A stretch of 64,000 nucleotides of DNA, taken from Vicugna vicugna. Lineage: Eukaryota. Below are positions 13,746-26,100 of this stretch, one piece after another. The stretch is from assembly GCA_013265495.1 (NCBI GenBank), contig MU058584.1, positions 1,090,616 to 1,154,615 of the forward strand, read 5' to 3'. Position 1 is the first letter of the stretch, and the number at the start of each line of letters is the position of its first letter. A model generated the notes under the pieces. That model had not been told where the DNA came from. It saw nothing but the letters and a program-made list of their open reading frames with translations, and did no database searches. The position numbers were made by a program, and so were the translations under genes.

Positions 13746-16700
13746 TGGTGCCCTCTATTGTAACACTCTTCTTTATACACCTGCTAAGTCTCCATCTATC
13801 CTTTGATAGTCTCCTTTGTGAAAGACACTCCAGATTTCAAAGGTTGCATTTATTCTGTATCCCCTGTGCTTTCCTTGAATTTTGTACAAACAAGTTCATA
13901 ATAGTGACACTCAACCTAGTGTTTTCCAGTTACTAAAAGGTCTTCGCTCTGAGAGTGTGAGCTCCTAAAAAGCAGACCATTTCTGATTTATATTCAGTTC
14001 ACTAAAACCCAGCAGAATATCTGATACATAGATTCTAGTAAATATTTATGGAGCAAATATCCATTTTGCAACATAGAACTCATGAACGAGGAGACAAACT
14101 GCTAACTCTGCTGACTGGTGTACCTGCTTCCATGCTCCCCCTTAATCCATTCTCTCACAATAACTAGAATGATCAGATCAGACCCATCGCCCACTTCAGT
14201 CCTTTCAGCAGATTCCCGTGGCATGTTGGTGACGTGCAACCACCGGAACATGGCCTCTAAGTCCTTGCAGGAGCTGACCTCGACCTTTCCATCATTATTT
14301 CACGCTATCCTCTGTGTGTTCTCAATTTTCTGGCCGTGCTGGCCCCCCTTTTCTTCTTTCCCAGTTTAAAAGAACATTTTCACTTGCTTTTACCTCTGTT
14401 TGGAATATATTTCCTAGGCTTCTCTCATTTCTCATTCCTTCTCACCCATCCAGTCTCACTTCAGATATCACCTGTTCAAAGAGTCCTTTCCTGACCACCT
14501 TGGCTAAATGAATCCTTTGCCATCTGGTTACTCTCTCTCATACCACCTGCCTCCATTCTTCATGACATGGGTAAATCCGGAATGAGTTATTTATTTTCTG
14601 ACACCTTCCACTGGGATGAAAACTCGACCAGGGGAGGGGACCTTGTCTGCTTGTTCACGGCACCAACAACAATTCTTCAAACAGTACCTGTCACAGAGCA
14701 GGTGCTCAAAAGATATGTCTTAAAGAAATGATTAAATAAAAATTAAATCTTTTGAGAATAAAGCTTCCCCACATCACCAGAATCATCCAGGAATGACAAG
14801 TCATAGAATAATGGAATTTAACGCTTTGTGTGTGTCAGAGAAGGAGGGTGGAAAATCGTCAAGGTATCATGATGTACCAGTCTGCGCCTCCTCAAACACA
14901 ACAAGTCCCAGAGTGGAAAATAAAGTTACCTTATGAAAAGCTTTTCCAAACACTCTTTAAAGTATTTAAACTCCTAGGACTGCAAGAAATCATCGTTAAA
15001 GAAGAGAATGAATATGAAATGACTTGACAGATTGATGGGCTAACCACAAAGTTAAAAAGACCTGGTTCTAATAGGAAGCCAGGGCAGTGAGGTTAGAGGC
15101 AGCTCCTGCTGTTTTGGAGCAAGAGAAAATTGGGCAGAGTGAGTTTTCCTGGAATAAAATATATAAAATTAATATTGTATTTTGTTATCTGCTGTGTGTA
15201 CTGTAATAATAAAGAATATTTGCCTAGCTCTTTACAGTTTAGAAATACCACTGTTTACAGAGTTTATCTCATGTGATAGGACAACTGAGGGATAGGATCG
15301 CACAGTAGAAAATCCATGCAATCTAGTTTCAAGAAACCAGTTCCATTAGTGAGAAGCTGTGACCTTAGCAAGTCGCTTTCCCTAGTTGCTCTTGGTAAAA
15401 TGAAGGTGTTAAGTTATATTGTTTTAAATCCCATTCAGCTCACTTTTTGAAGCCATTTATATCTCACTCATGACAAATCAGTCTTCTCTTTGATTTATGT
15501 CCAAGATATAAAGTTCCTATGGTCTTCATTCATGTACCCAAAGTCAGATTGTTTGAGTGATCACTATCTTGGGTGCCTGGCTAAGCAATCTGGTCCATCT
15601 TTGGGTGGCCTTCTCTCCCTTTTAATTAATCTCTCCTCTTTGAAGCCCTTTCTGGCTGGTTCATCCCCCTAGCTCTACCTTCCTTGGCCTCTATCATTTT
15701 GCATTGCACTGTATGCACTCCCTTCCACAACATCACCAAGGGTGCCTGCCAGTTTCACAAAGAAATTCATTTGTTCTATGTTGTATCTCAAAGAAAAGTT
15801 GAGCAATAACTAATCTGATACATTTTTTTTCTATCTTCATGGAAGAAGACCAGAGTTTCGTTTGTTTGTTTGTTTTTTCCTGTAGTTTAAATGCATCTTC
15901 TGGAGATTATGGTCCTTCCACCCTTTTATTTTTCTCTGCCTTGCCTTGCTCTGCTATCCATGGACAGAGGTTAGCACGGGGGTGGGGGCAGCGAGGGATG
16001 TTCAGGGTCACATATGTGGTAGGGTATGCTCTTTACCACTTTCCCTACTGTATTTTGGGGTGCCTTTGCATCTCACTGGAACCCATCTATTTTTCATCTT
16101 CTTTACTTAAACCATTTGATGCCTCAGCTTCTTATCCTTAAAGTCTAGCTCACTATATCTTATGATCAGGAAACTTTTTGCTTTCAAAATGAAAGTTGTT
16201 CATTCTGACATAGCAATTAATTTTCTCCTTCCACGCATAGCTCTCCTACATGGAGAAGATCGCTCTGTACCTCTGTGTGAGTGCTTGAGCTATGACAAGA
16301 TGTGAAACACCTGCATGATTCTTTGAAGCATTCAGTCCATCATACTGTGTAGAAAAGATACAAATTATCCAGGTGTTCAGAAGCACCTGTAGGGTCAGGT
16401 AATCTTATATTCATATTCATTGTGATCCCTGGTAACGTGCAAAGCAAGCTGCATATTTTTCTTCTTTCTCTCTCTCTCAATATTTTGAAATACTAGTTTG
16501 AATACCCGGAATTGCATAAGATATAATAAGACGTAAGTGCACTTGCAAAAGAGAACAGGTGTCTATATTTGTTCATTTATCCCCTCCTCCTGTCTTCAAG
16601 CTGCTGTTCGAAGCTTTATGCAGGAGGCATACATGCACAGAAGAGATTGTCAGTACTTGGCTGAATCCTGTTCTTAGTAAGCGTTCTAGAAAAGTATCGC

Positions 16701-16912
16701 ACAGTCAGGCTGATTACAGATGCAACTCATCTATTTTCCCTAAGCTAGTTTTCTGTGCTGCCAGGCATATAACTCTCTGTCATCCAGCTATTCCTCCCCC
16801 ACGCCCTTGTGCGAATGTGACAACCGACAAAGCAACTTCTGCAAATCTCTGCCTGGAAACGATGATCCTGCTCACTCTCTTTTTGGAAACAGTGAGGCTC
16901 AGATTTTGGTCC

Positions 16913-16970
16913 ATGTATGAGATGGTATTTCAAATCCAAAAGCGGAAGTGCTTTGGGAGAGAGCCCCAGA
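16913..16970 (+). other. RGS4: Putative upstream alternative RGS4 exon (ATG to donor), homologous to the first exon of the human long isoform
   Basis: It translates to MYEMVFQIQKRKCFGREPQ and is followed by GA|GTAAGC at 16971. A pyrimidine-rich acceptor TTCCAG ends at 17244. Confidence 0.55.
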
Positions 16971-17212
16971 GTAAGCCCACGAACTCCGGCTGGCCTCTTT
17001 TCTTCCAGGAGGTGCATTCCCTTGACATTGTTTTGACAGACAAATGAATAAACCCCATGTATTGTAGCATCTTAAAGTTTTTTTTTTTCCTTTCCCTTTT
17101 CTGGAAATTCAAAACCTCAGACATCAGTGGAGACATAGAGCAAGTCTTTATTTTCTGTATGTCGGCTTTGCAGGAGGGTTTTTCTGCCTGTTCACTTTGC
17201 ACGGCTGCTGGT

Positions 17213-17333
17213 TGCGTCAGTCATTTCTTCTTTATCTCTTCCAGACGCTTGCAGTGGCAGAAGGAGGCTGAGAGGAGCTGGTATCACAGAGCTGCCATCT
17301 GATTGGCTGGCCGCTCCTGGCCGGGCTATAAAA
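17213..17333 (+). promoter_or_regulatory. RGS4: RGS4 proximal promoter: CRE/AP-1-like TGCGTCA (17213-17219), inverted CCAAT box (ATTGG 17302-17306), TATA box TATAAAA (17327-17333)
   Basis: The motifs are read directly and lie in the usual order about 145-265 bp upstream of the ATG. This implies a TSS near 17355-17365. Confidence 0.8.
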
Positions 17334-17476
17334 GAGACCCCGACAGGATTGGGAGGGAGACGCTCAGAGGATTCTGACTGTATCTCGACCGGAGAAAAGG
17401 TAAAGTGAGCTCCAAACAGAAGCCACAGCTCCTCCTGCTGCATTTCTTTCCTAACGTGAATCCCACGCTACGCAAG

Positions 17477-17520
17477 ATGTGCAAAGGACTTGCAGGTCTG
17501 CCGGCTTCTTGCTTGAGGAG
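17477..17520 (+). CDS. RGS4: RGS4 coding exon 1 (MCKGLAGLPASCLR-S, 44 nt)
   Basis: ATG at 17477 translates to the RGS4 N-terminus, with Met-Cys N-degron and Cys12. The donor AG|GTAAGA lies at 17520/17521. Confidence 0.97.
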
Positions 17521-20398
17521 GTAAGATTATTTTCAGCCACTAAACCAGATAGTGTTAAACTTTCAGATAGACTTTTTTAGTTTTTGCATATCCTACTTAC
17601 TAACCTAGCTCTTTGGAATTAGAAACAATGTGACCAGGAGAGCATCAGCCTCCTAGCTTTCCTCTAAGACTAGCTAGAAATTGTGACTTAGGAAGTGTTC
17701 TCCCCAGATCTTAGCACCTGTGTGTTGTTGTATATATGATCTCAGTTTTGAGGACTGTTCTTATCCTCTGACCAAGCTCTTTCTAATTAAGAAGCGATAG
17801 GAAGTTTTTAACTGTATAGTGGTCTGTAATATCTCTACCTGTGATTACTGTCCTTTGAGCATCACTGGGGTAGGTAGACTCATGGGTCTAGTAGATCTTG
17901 TTTGGAGAGGGTACCCTAGGATGCGGTTTGGCTACATCACCAGAAAGGCACCACACTGCCTATGTGATGTCACGGTATCTTACACTCTGTGTTCTTATAA
18001 GCAAATGCTACAATAAAATGAGTTTCAAAACTGGGTCTCTTTTATCTGCTCTTACCTCTGATTCTTGAAATGTCATATGTGAGTGATGGTTGAGGAGCAT
18101 TAATCATAACAAATCAGTTAAGGGCTTTATGGAAGCTCTTATCTTAAAGATACAGTTTTGTCAATGCACTGTCTCTTGACTTAAAAAAGAGTTAAAGATT
18201 TGCAAATATTCATGTTTTTGCCTTTTTTAAAAAAGGTATAAATAAATGCTTTCAGAGGATGATCATATATTAGCTAGTTGAAAAAATACAAAACTATTGC
18301 ACATTACATTAATTAATCTTACAGTTAAAGGTAAAAGTCAATTCGTAGGTATACCACCCCCTTTCCTGTTCCTCTGCAAATAGAGATAACCTTAAACTTC
18401 CATTTAGAATTATCTCAGAAAACACAGTCTTCTGTGCATGCTTATGGAGTTTACCTTTCAAGTATTCTGTCATTCACTGGGTGTGAAAAAAATATTCTTT
18501 TTCTTTTCACCCTTTCCTGGCTGCTTTAAAATGAAGCAGAAGGGTCTGGGAGAGGGTACCTATGAAAACAGTGCCTCTGACCTCCACCATCAATTTTCTA
18601 AACTGAATGGAACAAATTACTCCAAGCTTCAGTTAACTCATATATAAAATTAATCACACAAAATACAGGAGTGTCAGGAGAAAGTTACGCTCTGGTAAAT
18701 GTTTTAGGAGACATGAATAATTGCTCTAGAGCGTTCCCCTCAAGGAGCTGAGAGGCTGTGCTGGGGAGGTAAACTCTGTGTCAGCAAGGTGAACGGCTCC
18801 CTCTTTCCTCGCTGGTGGACTGTGAATCATCTTGTCCAGCACCTTCATACTGACACAGATGCCTGAGTCTCCAGAGGGAACATGAGCTACTCATGGTCAC
18901 ACAGGTGATGGGTGGCAGCGTGCAGATCAGATCCAGGTTTCTTACTTCAGAGGTCACTGGAGTCATTTTGCTTTTTATTTTTATGTTTGTATTATGTCAT
19001 AAGGACAAGTGTAATGTACTTGCTAAGCATCCTTCCAAGTCTTCATGTAATGACTCTGCATCAGTCAGTAACTGTCAGATCCCAGCCGGATCTGGCATAT
19101 GGAAACATGAAATGATGTTCTGTTTTGACCTAATCACAACTAGCTACATCATCGCCTTAGAATCACCTTAGCCATCATGATTAGATGTTCCTATCATTAA
19201 AGAAGACTTTGTATCCTGTGACCTTTTGGAGAAACGGGAGGGAAAAACAGTCTGAGAAAAGATACTATTTTAGAAACAGTTCAAGAACATAATGGATTTC
19301 AGACTTTCTGGAGAAATGCAGATAGATAAGTCACTAATATATCAGCAGCCATCCTAAAAAAATGTCCTTTTATCCTTGTGGTTTTCTTTTCCCCCGTCTG
19401 AGTAGAAACATCTAGTCATTCATTTTTTTTTCAAAATGACATTAAAATTATGTCTTGGCTTTTATAAGAAAAGAGATCCAAGCGAAAGAATAAATAACAA
19501 AGAGTGAGAAAGATGAACTAAAAACTTATTGTCAGGTCCTCCTCTTTGAGTAATTCACGCTCCCTGCTGATCCTTAGCTCCCTATTAAACAGTGGCCATG
19601 GACTGGAAGCTCTGCTCCAATTAAAGGATCACAAGCTTCAGTGATGACCCCTGCTGGCTTCTTACAGTTTTTAAGCCTCAAATGTCCTTTATAGTGTAAA
19701 TATCCGTATAGCATACCCATTAGAAAGGAAAGCTGAAGCAGCAGCAGCGGGAGAGTCTTTAGTAGCAAGCCTTGGGGAGCTCAGATCTCAGCCTGAGCAT
19801 CTGGGTTTAACCCCTCACCTTCCACTCTTCTCAGCTGGAGCCGCACACCTCTGTGTACATCCCACAACATGAACTGCTTGGCCCGCCGCATACAGGGCAG
19901 GAGTCGGACAGACCTTTACCTCCTGAGGTGCTTCTGCATTCCTCTGCTGGCAATGAGGGAGATGGAAATAGCACCCACCCTCCAGGAGGTGGCATGAGCC
20001 AAGAAGGTGCCCGGTGTCACAGTTCGCTGCTTGCTCTCCAGTTCCTAATAATTACTCAGAGAACAGTCAAGTTCCCAATGCGTTTCTGCTGGAGATAGCT
20101 AAGTGTTCCATTGGTCAAAATGACAGGTTTACAGAAGAGGCTCCTCAGGTAGACTGAAGGATCAGAATTCCAGGTACTGATGAAGGAGGCTGTGCTCTGG
20201 ATTTTGTAGGAAGTCACAGACAGAAGCAGGAGTGGAATCTCGTTTTCCTGAGAGTTCAAGACGACTCCAACTCCCATTTCCTAAGTAAACTGCCTCTGCC
20301 CTGCTGCTAGAATGGGCTCTTTGAACTCTACCACTGGGGGGTCTTTTAAAGAGAGCTGATTATCATTATTCTTTTTCTTTACCCCCTCTTCTGCGCAG

Positions 20399-20503
20399 TG
20401 CAAAAGACATGAAGCATCGGCTGGGGTTCCTGCTGCAGAAGTCTGATTCCTGTGAACACAGTTCTTCCCACAGCAAGAAGGACAAAGTGGTGATTTGTCA
20501 GAG
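20399..20503 (+). CDS. RGS4: RGS4 coding exon 2 ([34 protein letters not shown], 105 nt)
   Basis: A polypyrimidine tract and CAG acceptor end at 20398, and the donor is AG|GTAAGA at 20504. The phase matches exon 1. Confidence 0.97.
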
Positions 20504-20813
20504 GTAAGAGAAAGGGCTTTGGGGAAGCTCCACTGAGTATTGACTATCTGCTGACAGGGATGTTCTATGAGGAGAAAGGAAGTTATGTCCCTAGTTAAGC
20601 TGGATTTGGATCAAGGCAGCCTCCATTTTTACGGAGACCATACTTGCACTTGAAATTTCCATACATTTAGTGGAAAGACCGCTTTAATCAACAGTAGATC
20701 TCACCGTAAGGATGGAAAATGAAACCTCTGCATTTTATTCAGGGCCTTGTATTTTTTGCCCCAATTTTGTAAAATAGTATCCAAATTATTCTTTTTCTCT
20801 GTAATATCTCTAG

Positions 20814-20875
20814 GGTGAGCCAAGAGGAAGTCAAAAAATGGGCTGAATCACTGGAAAACCTGATTAGTCATGAAT
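20814..20875 (+). CDS. RGS4: RGS4 coding exon 3 ([20 protein letters not shown], 62 nt)
   Basis: TAG acceptor at 20811-20813 and donor T|GTAAGT at 20876. It overlaps ORF 20815..21063 and encodes the start of the RGS box. Confidence 0.97.
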
Positions 20876-21479
20876 GTAAGTATGACAGCTTTTCCCCAAC
20901 CCCCACCCTTCCCCTTCCCCAAGATAAAGCACCCTGGATAGACAGCTTATTTCTTACTGTGTTTGATCGAATAGGAATTGCAGAAAGTCTCGGATGTCTT
21001 CTGACTTCCAGACTCAGAAAAATCGGTCTGTTTAAAATTTTGCTGTCCCCTAGAGTGCTGTGACATACGGTGGAAAGCTCATGCACACCCTGTGCAGAAA
21101 ACCCTGTGGTTTTCCCTATGGACAAAGGCTAGAGGGAAAAAATCCAAATATTGAGATTTCTTGCAGAATTAACCTCAGTTTCTCTTTTCCAAACCCACTT
21201 TGGCAATTGATGGTGGCGTAGGCATTTCACAAACATAACACTTTCTTGAAAGAGATTTCAAACATAGAGCAAGACACACTAGGTGTAACAGAGATCCAAT
21301 AGATACCAGACAGAGATTAGGGTTACCTGACCACAAATGACCTCCTCAAAAGAGGGGGAAATAAGGGGTTATTTGAATTGATACCTTGTTCCCTCAGGTA
21401 CCTCGTCTTTATCTGAAATGCAATCCCCACCAGCACAGCCAGTGTGATGACAACTGTGTTTCTTTCTCCCCTATCGCAG

Positions 21480-21646
21480 GTGGGCTGGCTGCTTTCAAAG
21501 CTTTCTTGAAGTCTGAATACAGTGAGGAGAACATTGACTTCTGGATCAGCTGTGAAGAGTACAAGAAAATCAAATCACCCTCTAAACTCAGTCCCAAGGC
21601 TAAAAAGATCTATAATGAATTCATCTCGGTCCAGGCAACCAAAGAG
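21480..21646 (+). CDS. RGS4: RGS4 coding exon 4 ([55 protein letters not shown], 167 nt)
   Basis: CAG acceptor ends at 21479 and the donor is GAG|GTAAGT at 21647. It carries the canonical RGS-domain motif SEENIDFW. Confidence 0.98.
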
Positions 21647-22050
21647 GTAAGTAGGTCTTCACAGCAAAGAACTCTCTGGATCTTAGTGAAAGTTTCTAAA
21701 ATTCAGTGGGCATGGTTCCTTAGCTGATGTAAATTGGAGATACAATGGTGGAGCAGATAATTACAATCTCGATGACCCTAAATAAATCAGTTCAGAAAAA
21801 AAGCTTTCAACCAGATGACTCAGATGATCCCCCTTAATGAATTTTTCTGATGAATCTCCCCAGCTTGTGAGAAGAAGATATTGCCCTGCCCACCCTGAAG
21901 CAGATGCCCCTTTAATGCTCCCTTTCCTGGGCCAGGATGGAGCCCAATGTCCTTTTATTTCACTCCTGACACACTTATTCGGTACAAAGCACACAGCCTG
22001 CCATCCTCACCATGTAAATGGCTAATGGGGCCTTGGTCTCTGCCCCTCAG

Positions 22051-22290
22051 GTAAACCTGGATTCCTGCACCAGGGAGGAGACGAGCCGGAACATGCTGGA
22101 GCCCACGATCACCTGCTTTGATGAGGCTCAGAAGAAGATTTTCAACCTGATGGAAAAGGATTCATATCGCCGCTTCCTCAAGTCCCGATTCTATCTTGAT
22201 TTGGCCAGCCTTTCCAGCTGTGGGTCAGAGAAGCAGAAAGGAGCCAAGAGTTCTACGAACTGTCCTTCCCTGGTCCCCCAGTGTGCCTAA
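22051..22290 (+). CDS. RGS4: RGS4 coding exon 5 ([18 protein letters not shown]...[12 protein letters not shown]...LVPQCA*, 240 nt)
   Basis: CAG acceptor ends at 22050 and TAA ends at 22290. Exon lengths 44+105+62+167+240 = 618 nt, i.e. 205 aa plus stop, the canonical RGS4 length. Confidence 0.98.
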   Translation, partial: VNLDSCTREETSRNMLEPTITCFDEAQKKIFNLMEKDSYRRFLKSRFYLDLASLSSCGSEKQKGAKSSTNCPSLVPQCA

Positions 22291-24505
22291 TTCTCGCTCA
22301 GCGGTGGAGGAGGGCGAAAATGCCAAGACTCTATGCCTGGAAAACCTGAGGCCAAATATTGATCTGCATTAAGCACCAGTGCTTTCTCCACATTGTAGCC
22401 TAGTATTCATGCTGCTGGCTAGGTGTGAGTCACTTCCATACGAAATCTAGATTTAGTTTTGATGTTTTGGTGTTCATCAGGGCAGGACCTCATTCCAGTC
22501 CAATTTCCCCAAATTTCTTTTAGGGTGCCATGTGAGCAAGTATTCAAATGATTGTCTTGGGGGTCTGGGTTTTCAAAGACTGTTGGCAGTTCTTGTCTCC
22601 GAAAAGTGTGACCTCAGGTTGGTTGGTTGGTTGGTGGTTGGGACACATCATGTGACATCCACAGACACGTGTGTTCTGTTAGCCAGCACTTTCTCCAAAC
22701 TTGAGATGTGTACATGAGGTTGATCAATTCTATGTACGTATGTGTGTGTGTGTGCATATGTATACATGCATACATATTTTTGCAAGAATAGAATAGACAG
22801 GAAAGACCCTAGGTGCTCATAACTAGAGTGTGTGTACGTACTTACATGCATGGTCTGATTTCCATCTTTCATCCTGCAATTGAACAGGGCAAACTAAACC
22901 AGCGGCCCTACAGGCTAAGAAAAGAAAGCTAAACTGTGGAAAGTTGACTCTGTAAAACTCCACGAGTCTTGCCGGAGAAACAACAAAGGGACTTTATGTT
23001 TAATTTAACCACTGACAGCCTCCAAGTTGAACGGTATTCTAGGGAGTGAATATAAAGAATCTTATGCCTGACTGACACAGTGCTGTCTCGAGCTGGTCAT
23101 CACTAATGGCACTTCTGAGTCCCCAGGCTGCCGATCTCCCTTCCTTTGCCTGGGTGCTTGGTGCATAATATTAACAGTCAGGTTGGTACGGAGTTGGGAA
23201 ATGGGGTGCTTGGACTGAATGAAGAAATGGAGGTAAGGCCTTGCCAGCTCTGCCTACTATGCGGTGCTGGCTGAGGAAGGGCACAGAATTTAAACGTTAA
23301 TATTCTTACCTTCTGCTCATCTTCCCTCTCTTGATTAAGGTGCTCTTCTCGTGTTGTTTTCCCCTGAGAATTTTAGCCGTCCGACGAGTCTCCTTATTTC
23401 CCCGTGGGTGTTTGTTCCCCTATAATGGCTCTAGGCTCTATGCCTATCCTTGTAAACCAGCATCAGGGAAAAGATTATATTTTATAAGGGGAAAATGTTT
23501 TCGCAAAATGAAAAACCCTCGTAAGTTTCTCTTTTGAAGGTAGAGTCTTGTTCATTCCACCCCAAACATCAGAGCTAACAGATCCTGAAGGCGTTTCTTT
23601 CTAGGCTCTGAGATGAAATGAGAGACAAAAAGAAAAAAAAAAAAAAGAAAAAGGAAAAAAGGCTTTCAAGGATATCAATTGTTAGAACTACTGTTTGTAA
23701 CTTTCCAAGGCACATGAAATACTTGAAAATGTCTCATTTATGTTATTTATGATGTTTTGTACAATGTTTTTATTATTGTATTGTTTTATAAATGGAGGTG
23801 CAGGATATCACCTGAATTATTAATGAATGGCCAGGAAGTAATTTTCTCCTCATTCTTCTAAAACTACTGCCTTTGAGGTGCACGTACATGCATCCATGAA
23901 CACTGCACCCATTTCTCCAGTATAAATTACATACATGGGCACCTTTGTGGCTTTTAAGTCAATAGATTGGATTGAAAAATGAAGACACCGGAGTGTGTGC
24001 GTACAAATCTCATTGTATTAAATACACAGGTTTCCTCAATTGTACCTTTTCTGTCTCTTTGCCAGTTTTACTTTCAGTGTCCCCAGAGTTTCTCATCAGT
24101 GTCCCTTTCTGTTATACACAGCTCAACACTTTATCTCCAGTTAACTCCAGGATCCAAACCTGTAACTCTACTGGTCTTGCCCTATTATAACTGTCATGAC
24201 TTTCAAATTACATCTGTACTCACGAGCTGTTGTCTCTCCAGTAGGTCTGGAAGGTAATTCTGAATGAGAAGTAAATTATTTTATGTAACATACATTTCAA
24301 GCGTGTTTTTCAATTGTATTTCCCCCTTGTTTCATCACTCTTTGACATGCTGAGCTTACCCACTCATGGTCCATGGACAGAATACTCTGTCCATATGCAT
24401 GCTTATTTTTATCATCATGTGCTTTAAAGGCCTCAGAGCTGATGCTTCCAGTGAAACACATGCATCTTAATAATAAGGGTAAATAAATGCTTCATACAAA
24501 ACTAT
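22291..24505 (+). other. RGS4: RGS4 3' UTR (about 2.2 kb) with an AU/U-rich block at about 23730-23830
   Basis: Follows the stop codon with no obvious interspersed repeats until about 25000, and ends just after AATAAA at 24482. The 3' end is approximate. Confidence 0.7.
24482..24487 (+). terminator. RGS4: Likely RGS4 polyadenylation signal AATAAA
   Basis: Canonical hexamer at the end of the repeat-free 3' region. Confidence 0.7.
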
Positions 24506-25229
24506 TCGCTTGTAAACACATTAATGATCCACAGAGACATGTTATCAGAAACAGCAGGGTGTAGGGCGATGATAGAAAATGGCTCATATCCAATCTTTTA
24601 CCTCTCCCATGTCAGCTCTGAGATGGAAAGTGGAAAATCAGTGTTGCGCTTCCTTCAGTTCCTGCCACTAAGCCACTTACCTTTAGCCATAGAAACAAGG
24701 CAGTCTTGGCTACAGAGACTTTGTTAAATAGATTTGGTGGTTTACGGGCAGGTCCTCAATAAGTTTTCAAAGAGTAGAGTTCACCTCCCAGAGCAGATCT
24801 TTGTCTACCTCCTACTACCTGCCTGATTGAGAGGAGATGGGAGCAATAGGAGACTGAGGAGGTGGAAGGGAGCTACAGATGGCTGAGGGGTAGATCTCTG
24901 CCCAGACTGCTCAAATCCTTTTCTTGTTTTCCCTGGAAAGGAGGTCACAGAACATTCACAGTCTATGTCTATTCTACCATGAGATCCCTACTTCTGTCAT
25001 GCTTACAAGGTGTTAGGGACAGAGGATCTTAAACTATTTTGAGGAACAGATCCTCTTAAGGATCTAATGAAAACCATGGACCACCTCCTGAGAAAAATAC
25101 ACAAAAAAATCCAAATTTCTCATAAATACTTAAAGGAAACTCTTGCAACTCCACTTTAAAAAGCATTAGGCTAGAATCTCTCTCTTGCGCTATAGCTGTG
25201 TCAGGCTCTTCCAGAGAGTACGCAGTTGC

Positions 25230-25652
25230 AGCTCATCTACCTTAACATCAAAAACGCAAAACACCCAATTTAAAAAATGGGCAGAGGTTCTGAACAGACA
25301 TTTTCGCAAAGAAGACACACAGACGGCCAACAAACACATGAAAGGATGCTCAGCATCCCCATTATCAGGGAGATGCAAGTCAAAACCACAATGAGATGTC
25401 ACTGCACATCTGTCAAAATGGCTATTATCAAAAAGATAACAAATAACAAGTGTTGATAAGGTTGTGGAAAAAAGGAACCCTCATGCACCAATTATGGGAA
25501 TATAAACTGGTGTAGCCACAATGGAAAACAGAATGGGGGTTCCTCAAAAAAATACAGGACTACCAGACAATCCAGCCATTCCACTTCTGGATATATTTCC
25601 AAAGGAAAACAAACACTAATTTGAAGGTATGTATTAACCCCTAAGTTTATCG
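25230..25652 (+). mobile_element. L1 ORF2 3' fragment
   Basis: Peptide [29 protein letters not shown], homologous to 8920-9300. Confidence 0.85.
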
Positions 25653-25654
25653 CC

Positions 25655-26100
25655 ACAGATGAAAATGTTTTACATTTTGTAAAACTGAATCTGTCAATCT
25701 TTGCTTTATAGATCAAAATTCCTTAGCAAGTTTACTGAGCCCATCTTCATCAGGAAATTACTATATCCTTCTATGTTGTATTCTAATATTTTCATTTAGA
25801 TTCTTTTTAGTTTTATTCATGGTGTTAATATATTTGGAACTTACCTTTATGTATGATGTCAAATAAGGCTAAAAGCAATGCCATATGATTTTTTGAGTAA
25901 TCCATGCTTTTTCTATTTAATTGAAATACCATTTTATCATTTAAGTCAGTTTCACTATGGACTAGAACCTGTTTCTGAATTTTGCCTAATGATGCCAATT
26001 TCTATGCCAATACTACACTGTAGTTTGTCTTGGTAGAAGGATTGTAGTTTTACTTTTAGTTTTATTTCTGCAGATGAAAAAGTTTTTATTTATGATTTTT
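25655..26100 (-). mobile_element. Old, degraded L1 ORF2 fragment (antisense)
   Basis: T-rich sequence with antisense L1 motifs such as TTCTATGCCAATACTACACTGT. Confidence 0.5.

Noticed and set aside
22048..22056. CAG|GTAAAC at the RGS4 exon 5 acceptor as a recursive splice site
   Set aside because: The GT is forced by the conserved Val codon (RGS5 has CAG|GTGAAT), and the intron is only about 400 bp.
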